Positions 19,390 through 25,831 of a stretch of DNA of 28,600 nt are shown here, in pieces. The DNA is from a virus (lineage: Duplodnaviria; Caudoviricetes): positions 1 through 28,600 of IMG/VR virus record IMGVR_UViG_3300031848_000030; one strand, given 5' to 3'. Both the position numbers and the translations under genes were made by a program. The stretch's first letter is position 1. The number at the start of each line of letters is the position of its first letter. The notes under the pieces were generated by a model that saw only the letters and a list, made by a program, of their open reading frames with translations, was not told where the DNA came from and searched no databases.

Positions 19390-19806
19390 ATGCCACAAGT
19401 AACAATAACAGAAGTGCGTAACGCACAATCTCTAAGTGCAGCAAATAATTCATTTCAATTAGAAATTAATCACCCAGAGTTTGGTTGGATACCATATGGT
19501 TTAATGCCTGATGACACAGATATGACTGTAGACAACAGTGTATTGCTCGAACTTATTGGTTCAGATTATGATGCTTATGTTGCACCTACTCAAGCAGAGT
19601 TAGATGCAGAACTATCGGCAGATATAAGGGGTGAACGTAATCAAAGGTTAGTCGAAGAGGTAGACGCAATAGCTGGTAATGCACTACGTTGGGCGGCACT
19701 TACAGATGCTCAACGAACTGCTTGGGGTAACTATAGAACTGCATTGCTAGATTTACCAACACAATCTGGGTTTCCCAATACAATAACGTGGCCTACTAAA
19801 CCATAA
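19390..19806 (+). CDS. Tail fibre assembly chaperone
   Basis: GGAGG SD before ATG 19390. N-terminal 'INHPEFGWIPY' and C-terminal 'RGERN...W..YR.AL.DLP.Q.GFP..I.WP.KP' are typical of this family. Confidence 0.85.
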   Translation: MPQVTITEVRNAQSLSAANNSFQLEINHPEFGWIPYGLMPDDTDMTVDNSVLLELIGSDYDAYVAPTQAELDAELSADIRGERNQRLVEEVDAIAGNALRWAALTDAQRTAWGNYRTALLDLPTQSGFPNTITWPTKP

Positions 19807-19820
19807 TAAGGATAAATAAT

Positions 19821-20123
19821 ATGCCAACAACACACATATGGTCTATCTCTGACTTAGAGCGAAACACATCTGACAACTCAGTAACAACAGCTCACTGGCG
19901 TTGCGAAAGCACAGATGGAACAAACACTGCATCAGCCTATGGTGCAACGTTACATACAGGTGTGCCATCAGATGCAGATTATATTGCTTACGCTGATCTA
20001 ACAGAAGCAAACGTATTATCTTGGGTACACGAACAAGTAACTAAAGCTGATACTGAAGCGGCAAACGATACTAAGATAGCTGAACTTGCGAGCCCAATAT
20101 CTTTAAATGGAAAACCTTGGTAA
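19821..20123 (+). CDS. Small tail-fibre-associated protein
   Basis: AAGGA SD. Pattern 'W.I..LER', 'YADLTEA.VL.WV' and terminal 'PW' is seen in proteins adjacent to fibres in aquatic phages. Confidence 0.6.
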   Translation: MPTTHIWSISDLERNTSDNSVTTAHWRCESTDGTNTASAYGATLHTGVPSDADYIAYADLTEANVLSWVHEQVTKADTEAANDTKIAELASPISLNGKPW

Positions 20124-20127
20124 ATAA

Positions 20128-20676
20128 ATGACACGTTTATTTTTAATAGCATTATTTTTATTGAGTGGTAGTTTTGCGTTTGCCGATGAGACAATCAAGA
20201 CTGAGACTAAAGTAATATCTGATGGTAAAATGGATACAACTATTAATAGTCCACCACCATCAGCCATATCACCTCAGATTAGCGCAAGTAATTCTGACCT
20301 GTGTACTGTCGGTGTGGCTGGTGCAGTCCAAACGCAGATACTTGGTATCTCTGCTGGTCGTACTGTACGTGATATGAATTGTGAGAAACTAAAGAACGCT
20401 AAGACTATGTACGATATGGGGATGAAAGTGGCAGCCGTGTCCGTAATGTGCCAAGACGAAAGAGTGTTTGATGCTATGATGGACGCTGGTACTCCTTGCC
20501 CTAAAGATGGTTTGATTGGTGACAAAGCTAAGCTTGCTTGGCAGATGGCAGCTAAGAATGAAACTTTAGAACGTGAGAAAAACAATGTTGGATTAAGGCT
20601 TTTCTATGGTGATGATGGTACAAAGACTGGCATTAGTGCTGTGCTTGCAGCTCTGGCCTTCCTACTCCTACTCTGA
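20128..20676 (+). CDS. Exported protein A: signal peptide, Cys-flanked beta-hairpin, C-terminal hydrophobic anchor
   Basis: Signal MTRLFLIALFLLSGSFAFA|D, four Cys in the mature part, and C-terminal GISAVLAALAFLLLL. Confidence 0.75.
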   Translation: MTRLFLIALFLLSGSFAFADETIKTETKVISDGKMDTTINSPPPSAISPQISASNSDLCTVGVAGAVQTQILGISAGRTVRDMNCEKLKNAKTMYDMGMKVAAVSVMCQDERVFDAMMDAGTPCPKDGLIGDKAKLAWQMAAKNETLEREKNNVGLRLFYGDDGTKTGISAVLAALAFLLLL

Positions 20677-21478
20677 ACCATACTCGTATGGTACGACTGG
20701 GAACGCAGCATCTGGCTCATTAAGTTGGGGGATGAGTTCTGTCTTTCCTTCTATTACAGGCTTAGATGTAAACGGATTACTGTATAGATATACTACAATT
20801 AAAAATCGAAAAGATAACATGAAGGTTCACGTTGGAAACAAGAACCCAAATGGAGTTGGTTATTTATTTCGAGAGACTGATGACTGGTCTGGAGTAGATG
20901 GCAATACTATTGTAAAATATTTTCCTCTTGCAAACATTCCATCCTCTAAGTGGGGTGATGGTTCAATTGAGGTTGAGGGTACAGGTTCAGTTACTAATGC
21001 AACAGTGATATATAACTATAGAATAAACGAGTGTTATAATCCGCAAGCTAATGAACTATGCGCTGGTTATGTTAAGCCTGTGCCTGTCGTTCCTGTTGTT
21101 GAAATATACAATGCTACAGAAGATGAAGATGTAGCTGCTGCAATAGATACAGAAATAGAATTTGAATATGATAGCGATGGGAATCTTATACTTGAAGACG
21201 AGGAAGAAGAAAAAGATACTCGACTTGAAATGGGGCTGATTGCATCTGCTAATGCACTAACCTTATTTAAAAATGCAGGTCAGGCTGACATCATTATGTC
21301 TATTAATCTTGAGACAGACTTGGCTGCATATTATAATTCCTCTATAGGTGGTGGTGTATACAATGATAACAATATACTTACTGATTCAAATTTACCTGAT
21401 AACAGCAGGGCTTTAAGAAATAATTTTGCACAACAACTTCTGCACGATAAGATGATTAACATGCAGTATAACAAATGA
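20606..21478 (+). CDS. Exported protein B: beta-sandwich-like domain, Cys pair, Pro/Val linker, acidic tract
   Basis: Signal-like N-terminus (RLALVLCLQLWPSYSYS|E), then ECYNPQANELC, PVPVVPVV and EDEEEEKD. Start could alternatively be 20612 or 20615. Confidence 0.7.
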   Translation: MVMMVQRLALVLCLQLWPSYSYSEPYSYGTTGNAASGSLSWGMSSVFPSITGLDVNGLLYRYTTIKNRKDNMKVHVGNKNPNGVGYLFRETDDWSGVDGNTIVKYFPLANIPSSKWGDGSIEVEGTGSVTNATVIYNYRINECYNPQANELCAGYVKPVPVVPVVEIYNATEDEDVAAAIDTEIEFEYDSDGNLILEDEEEEKDTRLEMGLIASANALTLFKNAGQADIIMSINLETDLAAYYNSSIGGGVYNDNNILTDSNLPDNSRALRNNFAQQLLHDKMINMQYNK

Positions 21479-21486
21479 GGTTTAAT

Positions 21487-21975
21487 ATGAAATACTATAT
21501 AGCGACACTCTTATTGTGTGCGTCAACAGTCAATGCAGACGTAAATATTGTAGGCAATGTCTCTGCTAAGTGCGTGATACAAACTACAAAGGCAGGAGTA
21601 TATGGGAATCCAACAGCAAATAAGCTCAGCACGTTAGCTGCAGATGGAGGAGTGCAACCTATTGTACGATATGATGTTGCTCTTGCTGACAACTATCTAG
21701 CTAGAATTACGCACCCAAATTCCTTTTCTTCTTCTCCAGCACTTACAGACAGCGTAGCTTGGGTTGGCTCTACTGTTGTTTCTCAAACTTCTGCCGCTGG
21801 AATGTCTGGATATAATGCAGCTAAAGTTGTTGTGGGTAATGTTACACAGTTTGATCTCACTGTTGCTGGCAGCACTTGGTTCACAACATCCTCAACGGCT
21901 ACATATGGTGTATCAAAAGCTTTTTCTGGGGGTACATATACTGCTTTGGTTAGGGCTGAGTGTATTGCTAAATAA
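21487..21975 (+). CDS. Exported protein C: putative chaperone-usher/Csu-type pilin-like subunit
   Basis: GAGG SD before ATG 21487 and signal ...STVNA|D. Mature N-terminus VNIVGNVSAKCVI and C-terminus GGTYTALVRAEC resemble pilin terminal strands. Confidence 0.6.
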   Translation: MKYYIATLLLCASTVNADVNIVGNVSAKCVIQTTKAGVYGNPTANKLSTLAADGGVQPIVRYDVALADNYLARITHPNSFSSSPALTDSVAWVGSTVVSQTSAAGMSGYNAAKVVVGNVTQFDLTVAGSTWFTTSSTATYGVSKAFSGGTYTALVRAECIAK

Positions 21976-22351
21976 ATTAGCTATAGTCTTGTCTCTCTTA
22001 ACGTCTGATTTGTCGGCGCATGAGATGACTCCAGCTTATCCAGACTTAAAGCTTTCGCACGTCTCTGGTATTGTAAAAGCTGAGATGTCTTTGTTTAATT
22101 CTAGGGAGGATGTAAGTTATTATCAGATAGAAGTGTTTGATTTAAACTGGAACAACCTACCATTCTCTACAACCTATAAGATTATGAAGGTTGATTATAA
22201 AGAGCGTAGGAATTTTAATGTTTATATTCGCAAGTCTGATTTAGATATAGCTACATACATTTGCAGCACGTCAAAAGTTAAGAAAAGAACTGGAGCAAAA
22301 ACTTTAATTTCTTCTAGGATATGCTCAAAGATTAATGGTGAAACAGCATGA
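21965..22351 (+). CDS. Exported protein D: putative single-domain PapD-like (Ig-fold) pilus chaperone
   Basis: Likely TTG start at 21965 giving MLNKLAIVLSLLTSDLSA|HEMTP. 'MSLFN...YYQIEVFD...LPF...IMKV' follows the PapD_N pattern. Cys pair lies in the last two strands. Confidence 0.55.
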   Translation: MLNKLAIVLSLLTSDLSAHEMTPAYPDLKLSHVSGIVKAEMSLFNSREDVSYYQIEVFDLNWNNLPFSTTYKIMKVDYKERRNFNVYIRKSDLDIATYICSTSKVKKRTGAKTLISSRICSKINGETA

Positions 22352-22746
22352 GACTAGCTATAATATTTTTCCTCATTGCCAGCTCTGCTGTTGCAGATAG
22401 CAGTACGTTAGCATTGTCTCTGCCTAATCCACCTATGAATTATCAATCTGATAGTTTTCGTGCAGGAAATTTGCACTGCTCAAATGCTGTTGGCGGTGGT
22501 ACTAACTTAGAGTTTGGTGTGACAGGTGTAATATCAAACATGGGTGGTAGCTTTACTGCATCACAAAATAAAGATGTAGGAGTATATGCTCGCGTTGTTA
22601 TCCCATTAGACAAACCTAAATCTAGGGTAAACTGTGATGACTTATATCAAGTGGAGTTAGCTCAACGAAGATTAGAAATACAAAAGCTGCGTAATGAATT
22701 AAACGAATTAAAAAACTTGCAAGAAGAAATGAACTTTGAAAACTAA
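22348..22746 (+). CDS. Exported protein E: Cys-flanked amphipathic beta-hairpin plus C-terminal coiled coil
   Basis: Signal MRLAIIFFLIASSAVA|D. Strands NLEFGVTGVI and VGVYARVVIPL lie between two Cys, followed by the heptad tail LAQRRLEIQKLRNELNELKNL. Confidence 0.7.
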   Translation: MRLAIIFFLIASSAVADSSTLALSLPNPPMNYQSDSFRAGNLHCSNAVGGGTNLEFGVTGVISNMGGSFTASQNKDVGVYARVVIPLDKPKSRVNCDDLYQVELAQRRLEIQKLRNELNELKNLQEEMNFEN

Positions 22747-23246
22747 TGGTAGATTTAACAACAGTTGGTGAACTTGAAGATCGTGAGTTTAAAGCTGGCG
22801 GTGTTAAGATGTCGTTCAGCTCTATCATGGCTATCTTTGTATTCCTTTCTACTGTGGTTGGTGGTTTGTATGGTGGCTTTGTTATGTATCAGAAGATTGA
22901 AGATATTGCTGGCCTAGATATAGGTGAGTACCAGCAGCAGATGGATGTGATGGATGCTAAAGTGTCTGGTATCTCAGAGAAAGTAGAAGAATCTGTTGAG
23001 TATACTAGGGATATTAAGAATGGATTAAAGGATGACATCTTACGCATTGAGCAGCAAACAGATCGTATCGAAGATATGGTTCGCAAGAGTGAGGACAAGA
23101 TACGTTCATTGATTGATGCAGCAGAGGTGCGTTTTGAAAATCAAAGAGAGCGTGTTAGAACATCTCAAAATTCAGAGATGAAAGATTTAGAAAGTAAGCT
23201 AATGGATAAACTTCAAAGGGCTTTAGATAATCCCTTGTCGGATTAG
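22746..23246 (+). CDS. Protein F: single N-terminal TM helix plus long coiled coil
   Basis: TM segment IMAIFVFLSTVVGGLYGGFVMY followed by about 115 aa of charged heptad-like helix. Confidence 0.75.
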   Translation: MVDLTTVGELEDREFKAGGVKMSFSSIMAIFVFLSTVVGGLYGGFVMYQKIEDIAGLDIGEYQQQMDVMDAKVSGISEKVEESVEYTRDIKNGLKDDILRIEQQTDRIEDMVRKSEDKIRSLIDAAEVRFENQRERVRTSQNSEMKDLESKLMDKLQRALDNPLSD

Positions 23247-23255
23247 GAGATAATT

Positions 23256-23567
23256 ATGGATGAGTTTAAAAAATTTGATGTCAATGGTGATGGCAGCATA
23301 GATAAATCTGAATGGGATGCGCTTGAGTATGAAGATCGTAAGCGTAGGCTAGAGGATGAAGATGCTCAACGTGATGCGCAACGCAAGATGACATGGTTTG
23401 CCCTGTCAGGTATGCTCCTATACCCCTTTGCGGTGGTGCTGGCTGATCTATTGACTTTGATTGAGGCTGCCAAGATACTTGGTAGTATGGCTAGTGTATA
23501 TTTTGTCAGTGTTGCTGGCATAGTGGCTGCGTTCTTTGGTGCGTCAGCGTTCACGAAAGGAAAGTGA
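23256..23567 (+). CDS. EF-hand-containing two-TM membrane protein (holin/antiholin-like)
   Basis: AGGAG SD. Canonical EF-hand loop DVNGDGSIDKSE and two hydrophobic helices. Adjacent to holin and endolysin. Confidence 0.7.
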   Translation: MDEFKKFDVNGDGSIDKSEWDALEYEDRKRRLEDEDAQRDAQRKMTWFALSGMLLYPFAVVLADLLTLIEAAKILGSMASVYFVSVAGIVAAFFGASAFTKGK

Positions 23568-23568
23568 T

Positions 23569-23916
23569 ATGATTGGATTAGGTTTATTGGGTAAGGTTGC
23601 TGATCTTGCTGGTGCTGTTATAGATTCAAAGGCTGTTGTTAAAAAGGCTGAGGCTGAAACAAAGATGAAGCTTGCAACTGGTGAGATTTCTTGGGAGCAA
23701 GCAGCAATAAAGGCCAGCGAAAATAGCTGGAAGGATGAGGCTTGGACTGTGTGTTTCATTGCAATCGTTGCTTGTTCATTTGTTCCACCGCTGCAGCCCT
23801 ATATGAAAGAGGGCTTTGCTAATCTTGAGGCAGCACCACAATGGTTTCAGTGGAGTTTGTATGCTAGTATAGCTGCAAGTTTTGGTATCAGAACTATGAA
23901 GGGATTTAAGAAATGA
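23569..23916 (+). CDS. Holin (GTA 3TM-type)
   Basis: AAGGA SD before ATG 23569. 'SWKDEAW', 'APQWFQW' and 'SFGIRTMK' motifs. Overlaps the endolysin start. Confidence 0.75.
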   Translation: MIGLGLLGKVADLAGAVIDSKAVVKKAEAETKMKLATGEISWEQAAIKASENSWKDEAWTVCFIAIVACSFVPPLQPYMKEGFANLEAAPQWFQWSLYASIAASFGIRTMKGFKK

Positions 23917-24425
23917 GTGCAGAAAATTTTGATAAATGTTTAGAAATGTTACTTGAACATGAAGGTGGCTATGTAAACGATAGCCGAGATCGCGGTGGCA
24001 TGACTAATCTTGGCGTGACTAAGAAGGTATACGATGAGTGGATAGGTCGTGAGTCTACTGAACAAGAAATGCGAGACCTAACACCTGATGATGTAGCTCC
24101 TATTTATAAGAAGAACTACTGGAATCGAGTTAAAGCAGATTCACTTTATTCTGGTTTGGATTGGAGCGCGTTTGACTGGGCTGTTAATTCTGGAAGCGGA
24201 CGACCAGCAAAAGCTATTCAACGTGCAGTAGGTGCTACTCAAGATGGAGCGATTGGCCCAGCCACACTTGGTCTTATCATGGAGAAAGAACCTAAATTTA
24301 TTATTGAGTATGTGTATGATGTTCGTCAAAGTTTCTATGAAAGTTTAAATACTTTCGAAGCCTTTGGTCGTGGTTGGACTAGGCGTAACAAAGAAACATT
24401 AGAGCAGTCATTGAGTATGATCTAG
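23913..24425 (+). CDS. Endolysin, glycoside hydrolase family 108 with C-terminal PG-binding region
   Basis: Signature HEGGYVND..DRGGMTNLGVT, FDWAVNSG, DGAIGPAT and FGRGWTRR. Confidence 0.93.
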   Translation: MSAENFDKCLEMLLEHEGGYVNDSRDRGGMTNLGVTKKVYDEWIGRESTEQEMRDLTPDDVAPIYKKNYWNRVKADSLYSGLDWSAFDWAVNSGSGRPAKAIQRAVGATQDGAIGPATLGLIMEKEPKFIIEYVYDVRQSFYESLNTFEAFGRGWTRRNKETLEQSLSMI

Positions 24426-24448
24426 GTATCTGGTATCTAGTTTCAGCA

Positions 24449-24484
24449 AGGCAGCTATTTATTCTTCTCCCATAATAGCTGCCT
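24449..24484. other. Stem-loop between convergent gene blocks (terminator or small RNA element)
   Basis: AGGCAGCTATT / AATAGCTGCCT is an 11-bp perfect inverted repeat with loop containing TCTTCTCCC. No U-tract on either strand. Confidence 0.6.
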
Positions 24485-24494
24485 AGCACGAAGG

Positions 24495-24905
24495 CTATGT
24501 TCTTGATGGTGCGCTTGCGAACCTTGAACGAAAGCCTGGGACTGCCATCCTTTTATTTTTTAAATACTGCTGCACTTCAAACTCATGTACTGCAAAGCCG
24601 TATGTTATCTCTGCTTTCTCTCGCTTACATTTGGTTGATGTTAAAAATTCTTTGTACTGTTCATGCCTAGTTTTTTCACTCGTATATTTATATGGGCTTC
24701 TTAGTTCTGGCCTCTCTTCTGGTGATGTTTGTGGTTTAAAATTATATTGATTGCCTGCTGTGTAGCCTGCTTTAAATTTTATTCCGTAATTTGTTACAGC
24801 ATTATTTATTTCGTATCTTGTAAAGCCAAATAGATTTGATGTTTGTGCTTTAGTTAATCCTGATTCTGCTGCTTTAATCATTTGCGCTATGTCTGGCCCT
24901 GCCAT
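24495..24905 (-). CDS. Hypothetical protein, possible N-terminal HTH
   Basis: GGAG SD, 136 aa and basic. 'GLTKAQTSNLFGFTRYEI' is HTH-like. Confidence 0.6.
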   Translation of the reverse strand: MAGPDIAQMIKAAESGLTKAQTSNLFGFTRYEINNAVTNYGIKFKAGYTAGNQYNFKPQTSPEERPELRSPYKYTSEKTRHEQYKEFLTSTKCKREKAEITYGFAVHEFEVQQYLKNKRMAVPGFRSRFASAPSRT

Positions 24906-24922
24906 GTGTATCTCCGTAGGTG

Positions 24923-24948
24923 ATGGGCGAGCCTTTCAACTCGCCCAT
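24923..24948 (-). other. Intergenic hairpin downstream of SSB gene
   Basis: 9-bp stem ATGGGCGAG / CTCGCCCAT. On the minus strand it extends by two G-U pairs to a GAAA tetraloop. No U-tract. Confidence 0.55.
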
Positions 24949-24953
24949 ATTAA

Positions 24954-25361
24954 TTAAAATGGAATGTCATCTTCTCCAAGCGACAGATGGGTAGGTGTTA
25001 CCGAGCCTATTGGTCTAGCTCCACCGCCACCTTGTCTCTCAGTGACTTGGATAGATAGATAGTTGCTACCATCTGACGTTGCTTTCTTCCAGCCAGCGAC
25101 TTGCATTGACTTGTTAGTAGCGTAGTCTTCTACTGGGCCAGAGTAATCAGGTGCATTGTCATTGCCCTTCTTATCATTCTCAAAGAACACGCCTACCTTT
25201 TGGTAAACCTCTATGATTTTCATACCATTTTTTGTTTCATCTGCAACCAGTACAACCTTGCGGTCATTACCTTCTAAGTTAATCTTGCCTTGCAAGATCA
25301 TCTTCATAGTATCGAAGGGTTTAAAGGCTGCGCCTGAGTTAGTGTTGTCGTATTGTGTCAT
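24954..25361 (-). CDS. Single-stranded DNA-binding protein (DUF736-like)
   Basis: AGGAG SD before ATG 25361. Contains 'NDKKGNDNAPDYSG', 'VAGWKK' and 'YLSI', with acidic tail EDDIPF. Follows the annealase. Confidence 0.8.
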   Translation of the reverse strand: MTQYDNTNSGAAFKPFDTMKMILQGKINLEGNDRKVVLVADETKNGMKIIEVYQKVGVFFENDKKGNDNAPDYSGPVEDYATNKSMQVAGWKKATSDGSNYLSIQVTERQGGGGARPIGSVTPTHLSLGEDDIPF

Positions 25362-25377
25362 GCTTCTGACTCCTATT

Positions 25378-25830
25378 TTACCAGCTACTGCCAGCTTGTT
25401 TATCGCCGCTATCTGCGGCATACTTATTACCATCCATCTTCCCAAGGAAGACATCGGCGTTACACCCTACATGTGATAGGGCTTTAGTGAGGCCATCAGT
25501 GATAGCCATCTTCGGAGCGTCCTCAGCCATACGACCTTTGGCGCTATCAAAGAACTTACGACACCCAGTAAAGGGGCCGAATGTATTTGCTTGTGATCCA
25601 TGCCATACACTGACATGCGCTACTACAGCTTTGTCACCATTAGATATTTCCACAAATTCTGTTGTGTTGTGCCAGCCCCAACCCTCACCGACTGGGCCGA
25701 ATTGCTTAGTCATCATGTGTACCTGATACTGTGGATCAATAGATGTGAAGCTACGTGATCCGAAGCTTACCTTCTTTAGATACTTAGGATCAGATGTTGC
25801 TAGATTGTCCCATATTTTTAAGTTGCTCAT
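25378..25830 (-). CDS. Rad52/Sak-like single-strand annealing protein
   Basis: GAGGA SD before ATG 25830. Motifs 'FGPVGEGWG' and 'EDAPKMAITDGLTKALS.VG..ADVF'. Lies between exonuclease and SSB. Confidence 0.8.
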   Translation of the reverse strand: MSNLKIWDNLATSDPKYLKKVSFGSRSFTSIDPQYQVHMMTKQFGPVGEGWGWHNTTEFVEISNGDKAVVAHVSVWHGSQANTFGPFTGCRKFFDSAKGRMAEDAPKMAITDGLTKALSHVGCNADVFLGKMDGNKYAADSGDKQAGSSW

Positions 25831-25831
25831 T

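Noticed and set aside
19080-20130. Diversity-generating retroelement targeting the fibre C-terminus (BPP-1-like head genes, several AAC codons)
   Set aside because: No reverse transcriptase, no Avd and no template repeat differing at adenines were seen in the window.
21764-21964. N-terminal 67 aa of the 195-aa ORF as real coding sequence
   Set aside because: It lies wholly inside the pilin-like gene. A TTG at 21965 gives a proper signal peptide and normal coupling.
25362-25454. N-terminal extension of SSB ORF (similar cases at 25831-25875, 23536-23568, 1537-1572)
   Set aside because: These extensions overlap neighbouring genes or regulatory DNA, and internal ATGs with clear SD sequences are better starts.
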